Source: SAR86 cluster bacterium AG-422-P06 (lineage in GTDB: Bacteria > Pseudomonadota > Gammaproteobacteria > Magnimaribacterales > TMED112). Taken from it: a stretch of 64,000 bases of DNA. Below are positions 1 through 9,092 of the stretch, in pieces. Every line of letters begins with the position of its first letter. Position 1 is the stretch's first letter. Below the pieces are notes generated by a model that saw only the letters and a list, made by a program, of their open reading frames with translations, was not told where the DNA came from and searched no databases. The stretch is taken from NCBI GenBank assembly GCA_003213455.1, contig QCMX01000001.1, positions 1,667 through 65,666 on the forward strand, written 5' to 3'. A program made the translations under genes and the position numbers.

Positions 1-638
1 CCATGCACTATTGAAGTGTATTTTTGTTTGGGAGTGTATTTGGGTAGCCATTCAATCAGACTATGCATAGATTCTAAAGTCTCTGTTTCAGAATCAAAAT
101 ATTGTTTAGTCCATCTAGAGACTTGTCTTTCAATGTAATTTCCAGATTTACCATAATCCTCTAAGCCAATACTTTTGTAGTCTTGTGTATGTAATCGTGA
201 TATTCCTAAATTCATTTGATCAAATAACATCTTCCTTCGGCTTATATCAACTTCTGAAGCGACAGGGTCCCAATAAATCTTGCCATTACAGTATTCCATC
301 AAGTAAAAAGGAGTGCCTATAACATTTTCATCTTCACATAATATTATTGTTTTTGGTGTAGGCACATTTGTTTGATTAAGGCCTGTTAGAACCTTAAATT
401 CTCTATCAACTGCATGAGCTGACTTTAGCAACTTTCCAGGTGGTTTTCTTCTTAGAACATATTTATTTTCAAGTGAAGTTAATAGGTAAGTTGGGTTAGA
501 TTGTCCGCCTTTAAATTGCTTATAATCTAGGATTTTTGGCATGCCTATATTTTGATTATCTAAGTAATCGTTTAATGCTCCTAGGTCAAAAGTTAAATTT
601 TCAGAAACATCTTTAGTGCCTGAGAATTGATCATTCAT
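1..638 (-). CDS. APH-fold phosphotransferase (ACAD10/11 N-terminal kinase-like), 5' part only; the gene runs off the window edge
   Basis: The minus-strand ATG is at 636-638. My own translation reads MNDQFSGTKDVSENL...YKQFKGGQSNPTYLLTS..YVLRRKPPGKLLKSAHAVDREFKVL...TPFYLMEYCNG. The GGQSNPTY and RRKPPGKLL/REF patterns are typical of this kinase family. It is absent from the ORF track because there is no stop inside the window. Confidence 0.7.
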   Translation of the reverse strand, partial: MNDQFSGTKDVSENLTFDLGALNDYLDNQNIGMPKILDYKQFKGGQSNPTYLLTSLENKYVLRRKPPGKLLKSAHAVDREFKVLTGLNQTNVPTPKTIILCEDENVIGTPFYLMEYCNGKIYWDPVASEVDISRRKMLFDQMNLGISRLHTQDYKSIGLEDYGKSGNYIERQVSRWTKQYFDSETETLESMHSLIEWLPKYTPKQKYTSIVH

Positions 639-817
639 TATTCTTTTTTTTCCGTTGACTTAATAAGTAGTGATTGATTTTCTGTCTGAAGAATTTCTAT
701 TTTTCGGTGTAATTCGGTAATTTTGTTCCTCATTGACTTAGATTCAGTCTTTAATTTGAAATTTTGCTCGATAAGTTTATCCACTAAGGCCGATAATTTT
801 TTTATTTTTTCGTGCAT
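638..817 (-). CDS. Small coiled-coil protein (59 aa), ZapB-like/TIGR02449-like
   Basis: This is my own translation. The ORF is one codon below the apparent 60-aa cut-off of the track. Sequence: MHEKIKKLSALVDKLIEQNFKLKTESKSMRNKITELHRKIEILQTENQSLLIKSTEKKE, with heptad-like Leu/Ile spacing. Its TAA stop overlaps the ATG of the downstream kinase gene (TAATG, 636-640). It is divergent from pepP, where small coiled-coil genes sit in other gammaproteobacteria. Confidence 0.45.
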   Translation of the reverse strand: MHEKIKKLSALVDKLIEQNFKLKTESKSMRNKITELHRKIEILQTENQSLLIKSTEKKE

Positions 818-828
818 AATATCCGTCT

Positions 829-2121
829 ATGTCAGATTTAAATATATACAAAGCTAGAAGAGCTGAAGTAGCAAAAAGAATGGAAGATAATTCTATTTTG
901 ATACTCAGTTCATCTAAACTAGTATCTAGGAATAATGATACTACATTTCCTTTTAGACAAGACAGCAACTTCTTTTATTTGACTGGCTTTCAAGAGCCTG
1001 ATTCCGTACTAATAGTTCATAGCGATGGAAGGTCTATATTATTCTGCAGAGAAAAAAATCCAGATTTAGAAAAATGGGATGGTTTCATGTGGGGGCCAGC
1101 AGCAGCACAAGAAAACTTTGGTTTTGATGAGGCTCACGATATTAATTTAATAGATGAGATATTGCCGAATCTCATCAGGGGACATAAAACACTCAATGCG
1201 CTTATTGGAAAGAACTTAAATTTCGATGCAAAGATAACTAATTGGATAAATAGTGCTAATAGCATGGAAAGGCATCAGGGCAATATAGATTTAAAAAACT
1301 TTTCCAATCAGTTGGGAAGTATGAGGCTTTTAAAAGACGAAACTGAAATTTCTTTGATAAGAAAATCATGTGAAATAGCAGCTGTTTCTCATAAAGCGGT
1401 TATGCAAAAGGCGAAAGTTGGTATGTCTGAATACGACCTTGAGACAATGTATATGAATGAGTTTAAGGTAAATGGATCTCGTGAAGCTTCATATACTCCA
1501 ATCATAGCTGGTGGAGCGAGAGCTTGTATTCTTCATTATATAGACAACGATCAGCAAATAGAGGATGGTGAGCTTGTATTAGTTGATGCTGGTTGTGAAT
1601 ATGGGATGTACGCATCTGATATTACAAGAACATATCCAATAAATGGACAATTTACAGGTGAACAGAAAGCAGTCTATGATGTCGTGCTTGAAGCGCATAA
1701 TGCAGCATGCCATGCAGCTAAAGTTGGGAATCCTTGTACGGATCCACAAAGAATTTCTGAAAAATCACTTTCACAAGGCCTAAAAGATATAGGTCTTTTA
1801 GATGGTAGTTTAGATGAAATATTAGATAAAAAATTATTCAGAGAATTCTATTACCATAAAATTGGACATTGGATGGGTTTGGATGTACACGATGATTGCC
1901 CATATGCAGTAGATGGAAAAGAAATTCTCTTTCAAGAAAATATGGTAATGACTATAGAGCCTGGTGTTTATGTGAATGATACTGCAAACGTTGATGATAG
2001 ATGGAAAGGAATTGGTATCAGAATCGAAAATGATATTTTGATCACATCAGATGGATATGAAAACTTAACTGCAAAAGTCCCAGTCGAAACTGAAGAGATT
2101 GAGCAATTAATGAGAGAATAA
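829..2121 (+). CDS. pepP: Xaa-Pro aminopeptidase (M24B)
   Basis: 430 aa. Metal-ligand context VDAGCEYGMYASDITRT, HKIGHWMGLDVHD, TIEPGVY and IRIENDILIT. It shows pepP-ubiH synteny. Confidence 0.9.
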   Translation: MSDLNIYKARRAEVAKRMEDNSILILSSSKLVSRNNDTTFPFRQDSNFFYLTGFQEPDSVLIVHSDGRSILFCREKNPDLEKWDGFMWGPAAAQENFGFDEAHDINLIDEILPNLIRGHKTLNALIGKNLNFDAKITNWINSANSMERHQGNIDLKNFSNQLGSMRLLKDETEISLIRKSCEIAAVSHKAVMQKAKVGMSEYDLETMYMNEFKVNGSREASYTPIIAGGARACILHYIDNDQQIEDGELVLVDAGCEYGMYASDITRTYPINGQFTGEQKAVYDVVLEAHNAACHAAKVGNPCTDPQRISEKSLSQGLKDIGLLDGSLDEILDKKLFREFYYHKIGHWMGLDVHDDCPYAVDGKEILFQENMVMTIEPGVYVNDTANVDDRWKGIGIRIENDILITSDGYENLTAKVPVETEEIEQLMRE

Positions 2122-3209
2122 TGACCAAGCCTGTTTTGATTGCTGGGGCTGGTGTAATTGGGTGTCTTCTTGCCCATGTTCTAAAAAAACATGAGATCCC
2201 TTTTAAAATTATAGAAAAGAGCCCAGGGTTTAAAAAAATTCCGTATAGAACTATAGCTCTTACAAAAGATTCAATCCATTTTCTTAATTCCATAGATAAG
2301 AACTTAGATTTAAATGAATGGACTACACCTGTCGAGAAAATGGAGCTTTTCCATAAAAATGATTTAGGCATAGTTCTAGATTCAAATAATGAAGAAAAAG
2401 TTACATCGATTGCACTACTATCAAAATTGCATGAGAAATTACTCAAAAATGTTAAAGATGAAATCCTATGGAACTCCACAATATCTGACATTTCAAACAA
2501 TGGAACACTTAAGGTGCAAACCAATAATGAAGAGCTTGAAGCAGATTTTATGTTTGCAACTGATGGGGCAAATTCCAAAGTTAGAGAAATTTGTGACTTT
2601 GAAAGTGAAGAATGGTTTTATGGTCAAAATGCCTACGTAACATGTATTGAGGCCGATCATAAAAATATTGCTAAACAATATTTCACAAAAAATGGGACCT
2701 TAGCACTACTTCCATTAAATGATGACAAACAGTTTTATTCTGTTATTTTTTGCACCAATTCCACAGGAGATGTTAAGCAAGACTTATTTGATATGAATGA
2801 GCTTTTTAATATTCAATTGAAACTTAATGATATTGAGTTTAGTTCTGGTTTTGAGCTAAAGCATTCTAGGGCATTGCAGTTATATTCATCTCGCATACTG
2901 CTTTGTGGGGATGCAGCAAATACCTTCCATCCTATGGCAGGCCAAGGACTTAATCTTGGTATTGGCGATATCATGGAAATTGAAAAAAATCTTAATGACC
3001 TTGTTTCAAATAAAGAAGAAGCTTTAAAAGCATATAGTGAAAAAAGGAATAATAAGAATCTTCAAATGACCTGGATTATACAAAGCTTATTTGGTGCATT
3101 TGGCAATGCAAATGGAGTAACAGAAATAATACTTAACTCCGGTATGAGGCTTCTAGACAAAGCACCTGGTCTAAAGCAAAAAATTATTGAATACGCTAAC
3201 AAGAATTAA
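2121..3209 (+). CDS. ubiH: FAD-dependent ubiquinone-biosynthesis hydroxylase (UbiH/UbiF/UbiI family)
   Basis: N-terminal GAGVIGC dinucleotide fold and the family signature CGDAANTFHPMAGQGLNLGIGD. Its ATG overlaps the pepP stop (TAATG). Which paralogue it is (UbiH, UbiF or UbiI) cannot be told from sequence alone. Confidence 0.75.
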   Translation: MTKPVLIAGAGVIGCLLAHVLKKHEIPFKIIEKSPGFKKIPYRTIALTKDSIHFLNSIDKNLDLNEWTTPVEKMELFHKNDLGIVLDSNNEEKVTSIALLSKLHEKLLKNVKDEILWNSTISDISNNGTLKVQTNNEELEADFMFATDGANSKVREICDFESEEWFYGQNAYVTCIEADHKNIAKQYFTKNGTLALLPLNDDKQFYSVIFCTNSTGDVKQDLFDMNELFNIQLKLNDIEFSSGFELKHSRALQLYSSRILLCGDAANTFHPMAGQGLNLGIGDIMEIEKNLNDLVSNKEEALKAYSEKRNNKNLQMTWIIQSLFGAFGNANGVTEIILNSGMRLLDKAPGLKQKIIEYANKN

Positions 3210-3781
3210 GCTATATCTAATTCTTTGAGAATTTCATAAGTTTCATGGAGTGGTAAACCTACCACATTGGTGTAACTGCCTTCTATATTTGTGATGTATT
3301 TTCCTGCAGGACCATGAATCCCATATGCACCTGCTTTACCAACACCTTCTTCAGATAAGACATATTCTTCTATCTCTGCATCATCCATCACTTTAAACGA
3401 AACTTTTGTTTCACAAGTTTTAATGATTTTTCGATTATAAGTAGAAATCATCACAGTAGAAAAAACGCTGTGAACTTTTCCTGAGAATTCTCGTAAAAGC
3501 TTTCTAGAGTGATCGTAATCCTTTGGTTTGCCAACGATTTCTTTATTCGGTGTAAAAACAAGGGTATCGGCTGTAAGAATTGGCAAGTTTTCTTTTGTTG
3601 ATCCTGCCAGCAATTCTCTAGCACTAATATTTTTACCTTTTACAATATTTTGAGAGCAAACAATTGGATCTAAATCCTTAACAGAGTCTTCATCAAATTT
3701 TTGTTCAACAACTTCATGATGAATCCCCATTAAATCTAATAATTCTGTACGTCTTGGTGATGCTGAAGCTAATAGAAGCAA
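3206..3781 (-). CDS. maf: Maf-like nucleoside triphosphate pyrophosphatase
   Basis: 191 aa. LLLASASPRRTELL N-terminus and the GKAGAYGI motif. Confidence 0.85.
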   Translation of the reverse strand: MLLLASASPRRTELLDLMGIHHEVVEQKFDEDSVKDLDPIVCSQNIVKGKNISARELLAGSTKENLPILTADTLVFTPNKEIVGKPKDYDHSRKLLREFSGKVHSVFSTVMISTYNRKIIKTCETKVSFKVMDDAEIEEYVLSEEGVGKAGAYGIHGPAGKYITNIEGSYTNVVGLPLHETYEILKELDIA

Positions 3782-3783
3782 AA

Positions 3784-4020
3784 TTAAACTTTAATGCCTT
3801 TCGATCTAATATCTTTAAGAACAGCATCTATGCCATTCTTATCAATTATTCGCATGCCTTTTGTAGAAAGAGTTAGTGTTACAAATTTGTTTTCAGATTC
3901 AACCCAAAATTTATGCTTATGCAAATTCGGTTTAAATAATCTTTTTACACGGTTTTTAGCATGGGAGACATGATTGCCTACCATTGCTTTTTTGCCTGTT
4001 ACTTGACACACGTTACTCAT
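3784..4020 (-). CDS. rpmB: 50S ribosomal protein L28
   Basis: 78 aa. [33 protein letters not shown] is canonical L28. No rpmG follows it. Confidence 0.95.
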   Translation of the reverse strand: MSNVCQVTGKKAMVGNHVSHAKNRVKRLFKPNLHKHKFWVESENKFVTLTLSTKGMRIIDKNGIDAVLKDIRSKGIKV

Positions 4021-4077
4021 AAGAACGGATGATAATAAAATAGTAATTGATTTTATGCAATAATTAATACCCTACTG

Positions 4078-4530
4078 ATGAAACTAAAATTTAAAATTCT
4101 TGATCAAAGAATAGGCAGTGAATTTGAAACTCCTAAATATCAAACAGCTGGTTCAGCTGGACTTGATTTATTGGCATGCATAGAGGACCAAATAGTACTT
4201 GAGCCTAATGAGTCTACGATCATTCCATCAGGCATATCAATTTTTATAGAAAACCCTGAATTTGCAGGTATTGTTATCCCTAGATCAGGTTTAGGGGCAA
4301 AAAAAGGGCTTGTTTGTGGAAATCTGCTTGGACTAATAGATTCAGATTATCAGGGACCATTAAGCATTTCATTGTGGAATAGATCTAATGAACCAATAAA
4401 GATTAATGCTGGTGAAAGGGTAGCTCAACTTGTAGTCATAAGAGTGGATCAGGTTGATCTAGAGCAAGTTGATGAATTTCCAGAGACAGATAGAGGTTCG
4501 AAAGGTTTCGGTAGTACTGGTATTATTTAG
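4078..4530 (+). CDS. dut: dUTP diphosphatase
   Basis: 150 aa. All dUTPase motifs are present: [22 protein letters not shown] and [10 protein letters not shown]. Confidence 0.95.
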   Translation: MKLKFKILDQRIGSEFETPKYQTAGSAGLDLLACIEDQIVLEPNESTIIPSGISIFIENPEFAGIVIPRSGLGAKKGLVCGNLLGLIDSDYQGPLSISLWNRSNEPIKINAGERVAQLVVIRVDQVDLEQVDEFPETDRGSKGFGSTGII

Positions 4531-4774
4531 CAGTTTTGCCAAATTTCTTTTCAAATCTTTGTACTCTTCCACCTGTATCAAGAATCTTCTGTTGCCCAGT
4601 ATAAAAAGGGTGAGAAGCAGATGAGGTTTCAACCGGATAATACGGATAAGTTTTTCCATCTTCCCATTCTTTCGTTTGAGACGTATTTAACGTTGAACGA
4701 ATAAGGAAATGTTTATCCACACTTGTATCGTGGAATAGAACATAACGAGATTCTGGATGTATTTCTTTTTTCAT
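4523..4774 (-). CDS. rpmE2: 50S ribosomal protein L31, type B (Cys-less, zinc-independent form)
   Basis: 83 aa. [28 protein letters not shown]...[10 protein letters not shown] matches the type B pattern (FHDTS, no CxxC). Confidence 0.9.
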   Translation of the reverse strand: MKKEIHPESRYVLFHDTSVDKHFLIRSTLNTSQTKEWEDGKTYPYYPVETSSASHPFYTGQQKILDTGGRVQRFEKKFGKTAK

Positions 4775-4827
4775 AACTTCTAATTTGAATGTGAAATAAT
4801 ATCAAATAATTTTTCTATTACAATAAA

Positions 4828-6795
4828 TTGATGAATTTTGTTCAAGTAGCCATCCCATCGCCTTTACGTCAAACATTTACCTATATAAACAAATCTAGTT
4901 CTGACCTTTTAGGAAAGAGAGTTTTAGTAGAGTTTGGCAGAAGAAAGCTTGTAGGTGTTGTAATTAGTAATTCTGATATATCTGAGGGGGGATATAAATT
5001 AAAAAATATACTTGAGGTACTAGATGAAACTCCTTTGTTCTCAAAAGAAGCAATTAAAAAAATTACTTACATATCTGAATATTATATGCATCCCTTAGGT
5101 ATAGTTATTGAATCTTTTATTCCTACTTTCTTGAGAAAAGCTAAACATCAAAAAGATTTAGAAAAATACCATCAAGCAAAAGAAGAACTTATCTCAGCAA
5201 CAAATTTGCATAAATTAACCAATGATCAGGCTAATTGTTTGGATTCAATAAAATCTAAATCTGAAGGTGAAATTTTACTTTCAGGCATAACATCCTCGGG
5301 TAAAACAGAGGTTTACAAACACTTTATAAATTCACTTATTAATAAAGGGAAAAGTGCTCTTGTGCTGGTACCAGAAATTTTCCTTACTCCACAAATCTTT
5401 CATGACTTTCAATCAAGTTTTGGCGACAAAGTATTTTTAAATCATTCAGGCCTAACCTCCATCCAAAGAATAAAAGTATGGTTAGCTGCCCAGGATGACG
5501 CTCCTAAAATAATTATAGGTACTAGATCTTCAGTCTTTCTACCTATCAAAAATTTAGGAGGGGTAATATTTGATGAAGAACATGACCAGTCTTATAAGCA
5601 GCAAGAAGGTTTCAGGTACGAAGCAAAAGAAATTGCAAAAATCTTATATAAAGAAACTGCAAGAATTATTTATGCATCAGCAACACCATCTTTAACCAAT
5701 ATTAAGAAAGGAAAAGATGGTGAGATCGAAACATGCTCCCTGACTAAAAGAATATCTGATGCACCAATGCCAAATATATCTATACATGACGTTAGTAGAA
5801 AACAAACTTCAAGTGGGGTATCTGACCAATTAATTGAAAGAATTATTGAAAATGAAAAAGCTGGTTATCAAACCTTAGTTTTATTGAACAGAAGGGGCTA
5901 TGCTCCAGTCTTTATGTGTAATTCATGCGGATGGATTGCTAAAAGCAAATGTTGTGATACTTCCCTTGTCTTGCATCAGAATGTAAAAAGATTGAAATGT
6001 CACAGATGTGAAAGTGTTTGGGGAATACCTAATACTTGCCCAGAATGCGGATCTTCTGATTTTCTACATAAGGGGATTGGGACTCAACAAGTTGAAGAAG
6101 TGCTATCAGAGAAATTACCAAATTCTAATATAGTAAGAATTGATAGAGATACTGTTTCTGGTAAGAGCAGAAGAGAAGAAAGTTTTGCTATCTTCCAGGA
6201 TCCAACCCCAAAAATTTTTATTGGCACACAATTACTTGCAAAGGGCCATGATTTTAAAAATGTAAGTTTGGTAATTGTCTTAAATTTAGATTTTGGTTTA
6301 TTTGGTGCAGATATTCACATGCAAGAACAAACAGCTCAACTTATTGTTCAGGTTGCTGGTAGGGCTGGAAGAACAGGCATAGAAAATAACGTTTTTCTTC
6401 AAACAAGAGTAGCAGATCACCCATTATTCAATTTGATTAAAACAGGTAATTACCAAGAAATTGCAAAAGAATTACTTGAGGAAAGAAAAAAATTAGATTT
6501 AGCTCCATTTATAAATCTAGTCTATCTAAAAGCTGAAGATTCTAATCAATCTAAACTTAGAAAATTTCTAATTGAGTCAAAGAAAAGTTTGTCTCAGAAA
6601 GATCTTGAAGTTTATGGGCCTTTTGAAGGCCCAGTTACAAAGGTTGGCTATAAACATAGGATGTTTTGCATTATTCAGAGCAGTAAGAAAGAAAAAATGC
6701 TTCAAGTCTTATCAGATTTTGCCATAAAATCTGATACTAAGAAGAAAGAAATATCTAATTGGGTTTTAGATATTGATCCGATTAATGCAGTTTAA
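4828..6795 (+). CDS. priA: Primosomal replication-restart helicase PriA
   Basis: 655 aa. Walker A GITSSGKTEVY, DEEHD box and Cys-rich insertion CNSCGW...CHRC...CPECG. Confidence 0.9.
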   Translation: MMNFVQVAIPSPLRQTFTYINKSSSDLLGKRVLVEFGRRKLVGVVISNSDISEGGYKLKNILEVLDETPLFSKEAIKKITYISEYYMHPLGIVIESFIPTFLRKAKHQKDLEKYHQAKEELISATNLHKLTNDQANCLDSIKSKSEGEILLSGITSSGKTEVYKHFINSLINKGKSALVLVPEIFLTPQIFHDFQSSFGDKVFLNHSGLTSIQRIKVWLAAQDDAPKIIIGTRSSVFLPIKNLGGVIFDEEHDQSYKQQEGFRYEAKEIAKILYKETARIIYASATPSLTNIKKGKDGEIETCSLTKRISDAPMPNISIHDVSRKQTSSGVSDQLIERIIENEKAGYQTLVLLNRRGYAPVFMCNSCGWIAKSKCCDTSLVLHQNVKRLKCHRCESVWGIPNTCPECGSSDFLHKGIGTQQVEEVLSEKLPNSNIVRIDRDTVSGKSRREESFAIFQDPTPKIFIGTQLLAKGHDFKNVSLVIVLNLDFGLFGADIHMQEQTAQLIVQVAGRAGRTGIENNVFLQTRVADHPLFNLIKTGNYQEIAKELLEERKKLDLAPFINLVYLKAEDSNQSKLRKFLIESKKSLSQKDLEVYGPFEGPVTKVGYKHRMFCIIQSSKKEKMLQVLSDFAIKSDTKKKEISNWVLDIDPINAV

Positions 6796-7227
6796 AAATT
6801 CTTGATTAGATGTCTTAAATTCAATGAATCGTTGTTTCTCTTCAATGATTAGTTTTAAAAAGAACTCATTTCCAAAATTAAATTTAGAGATTTTATTTGG
6901 CCACTCAATGAAAAGAATGCCTGTAGTTTTTTCATTAATTTCTAGACCGAGCATTTCAAAATCATTTTCATTATTTAACCTGTATAGGTCTGAATGGTAA
7001 ATATCTCTGCCATTAAGCTTATATTCCTCAAGTATGCTGAAAGTCGGGCTCTTTACAGCCCCATTCCAGCCCAAATTTTTAAGGACTTCACGTACTAAGG
7101 TAGTTTTTCCAGTGCCCAAATCACCATCAAGATAAAAAATTGCTAAACCTGTAAAACTTGAGAGGTAATCTGCAATACCTTTTCCCACTTCTTCAGTTTT
7201 AGCTAAATCTGTTATATTGATTTTCAT
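6766..7227 (-). CDS. tsaE: tRNA t6A37 biosynthesis ATPase TsaE
   Basis: 153 aa. GDLGTGKTTLVR P-loop, SPTFSI and HSDLYRL motifs. Its 3' end overlaps priA by 30 bp. Confidence 0.85.
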   Translation of the reverse strand: MKINITDLAKTEEVGKGIADYLSSFTGLAIFYLDGDLGTGKTTLVREVLKNLGWNGAVKSPTFSILEEYKLNGRDIYHSDLYRLNNENDFEMLGLEINEKTTGILFIEWPNKISKFNFGNEFFLKLIIEEKQRFIEFKTSNQEFLNCINRINI

Positions 7228-7880
7228 TAAAAAAAGCTTGGAGTAAGGTTTACAAATTCTCTACCTGTAATCTCTCTTTTTAAGCATTCCACAACTTTAT
7301 TGTAATCTGTATCGCTTGAGACAAAATCAACATCATTTACATCTAAGACAAGAAGAGGTGTTTCAGAGTAATCAAAGAAGAAATCTGTATAAGCTTCACA
7401 AAGTCTCTCTAAGTATTCTAAAGCCACATGATCTTCATATGATCTAGCTCTTTTATTTACTCTCTCTAATACCCTTTCAGGAGTAGCTTGCAAGTATATT
7501 AGCAAGTCGGGTTTAGGGTGAGTTTGGTAAAATTTTGATTTAACTTCTTTAAAAATTTTGAATTCATCCTTTGTTAGATTTAATTCAGCAAATAAGTCTT
7601 CTTTTTGAAACATAAAGTCAGCAACAATCTTTCTTTGAATCAAATCATCTGAAAAATATATATTGATTTGATGCGCCCTTTGCATAACAAAATGCAATTG
7701 TGATGCAAACGCATAATTTTGCTTGTCTTTATAAAAAGATTTTAAGAATGGATTATCATCTGACTCTTCAAGACATAATTCATGGCCAAAATCCATTGCT
7801 ATTTTTCTTGATAAAGAAGTTTTACCAACTCCAATTGGCCCTTCAATTGCTATGTAATTAGGAATTATATCTTCTTGCAT
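7227..7880 (-). CDS. Deoxynucleoside kinase (dAK/dGK family)
   Basis: 217 aa. IAIEGPIGVGKTSL P-loop, and ESDDNPFLKSFY...FASQLHF is typical of the dNK family. Confidence 0.8.
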   Translation of the reverse strand: MQEDIIPNYIAIEGPIGVGKTSLSRKIAMDFGHELCLEESDDNPFLKSFYKDKQNYAFASQLHFVMQRAHQINIYFSDDLIQRKIVADFMFQKEDLFAELNLTKDEFKIFKEVKSKFYQTHPKPDLLIYLQATPERVLERVNKRARSYEDHVALEYLERLCEAYTDFFFDYSETPLLVLDVNDVDFVSSDTDYNKVVECLKREITGREFVNLTPSFF

Positions 7881-9090
7881 TCTTTTTCTTGTAAGTATTT
7901 AAAAGCCTTATCTTCTTATCATAGTTTGCTGTCTTGAATTCTGTCCACCAGTCTATTGTGAACTTAAGGTCTGGTTCTATTTTTCCTCTTAGCAATAAGA
8001 AATCATATGCAGCTCTGAATCTTAAGTTTTTAGTGAAGTTTAAAGACTTTTTACCTACTCGATTAAATCTTACTTGATTCATCCAAACATCTTTAATGAA
8101 GCTTGAAAATTTTTTTGGTACTGAGGTTATTATTTGTTGCTTTCTTACTACTCCAGCAATTGATCTGTAGAATTTTTTGAAATTTATTTGCTCACTTATC
8201 TCAGAATCAACAAATACTTTTGGCCATAGCAAAATGGCATAAATAAAACCAACATTAAGCTTTTTACCTGATTCAAGCCTTTGATCTGTTTCTTTGAATG
8301 CATTAAGAAAAAATTTATGAAATAAGCCATCTCTATCTTGATAGTGTGGGAATAAAACATCAAACACGCCATGACTAGAGAGCTGTTTGTAAGAATTTTC
8401 AGCATGACCTGACATAAAGAGTTTCAAAATTTCTTCGTAAAGCCTTGCAGAAGGCATTTCAAGCAGTTGGTGTTTATGTTCTTTAATACCATCTGCGATT
8501 TCTTTGTCTATTGTGAAATTTAATTTTGCTGCAAACCTAATTGCTCGTAATATTCTTACAGGATCTTCAAGTATTCTTTCACTGGAGTTTCCAATAAATT
8601 TAATTTTCCTATCTTTTAAGTCTTTTATCCCATTCGTGTAATCAATAACTTCATGTGAAAATGGATCATAGTAAATAGAGTTTATGGTTAAATCTCTGCG
8701 CATTACATCCTCTTCTTGCGTGCCCCAATGGTTATCTCTAACAATACGACCCTTGTCATTCACTTCTATAGACTCAGACGCATTTGTACCTCCAGATCTG
8801 AAAGTTGTTGTTTCAAGAACTTCATCTGGAAAAGCTATGTGAACCAATTTAAATCTTCTTCCAATTATTCTTGAGTTCCTGAAGATTCTTCTTATTTCTT
8901 CAGGCTCGCAGTCGGTAACGATATCAAAATCTTTTGGGTGAAGACCTTTGATCATATCTCTAATACCTCCACCAACTATGTATGCTTTAAAACCTGATTT
9001 ATGTAGCTTTGAAATAATGCTTAGTGCATTAGGTGAAATATCTTTATGGTTAATTCCGAATCTTTTATCGTTATATATATCAGGAGTCAC
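7858..9090 (-). CDS. pcnB: Poly(A) polymerase I
   Basis: 410 aa. AYIVGGGIRDMIKGLHPKDFDIVTD nucleotidyltransferase head, RDLTINS, and a basic C-terminus. Confidence 0.85.
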   Translation of the reverse strand: MTPDIYNDKRFGINHKDISPNALSIISKLHKSGFKAYIVGGGIRDMIKGLHPKDFDIVTDCEPEEIRRIFRNSRIIGRRFKLVHIAFPDEVLETTTFRSGGTNASESIEVNDKGRIVRDNHWGTQEEDVMRRDLTINSIYYDPFSHEVIDYTNGIKDLKDRKIKFIGNSSERILEDPVRILRAIRFAAKLNFTIDKEIADGIKEHKHQLLEMPSARLYEEILKLFMSGHAENSYKQLSSHGVFDVLFPHYQDRDGLFHKFFLNAFKETDQRLESGKKLNVGFIYAILLWPKVFVDSEISEQINFKKFYRSIAGVVRKQQIITSVPKKFSSFIKDVWMNQVRFNRVGKKSLNFTKNLRFRAAYDFLLLRGKIEPDLKFTIDWWTEFKTANYDKKIRLLNTYKKKNARRYNS

Positions 9091-9092
9091 TT

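Noticed and set aside
777-968. A 63-aa minus-strand ORF overlapping the pepP start.
   Set aside because: It overlaps 140 nt of pepP and has an implausible composition. The 59-aa coiled-coil frame at 638-817 explains the gap better.
2042-2578. A 178-aa minus-strand ORF, and similar long antisense ORFs (for example 23651-23998, 37927-38256, 42305-42643 and 44411-45148).
   Set aside because: All lie fully inside strongly supported genes on the other strand. They have low-complexity Ser/Leu/Phe/Ile-rich translations and no motifs. Such shadow ORFs are typical.
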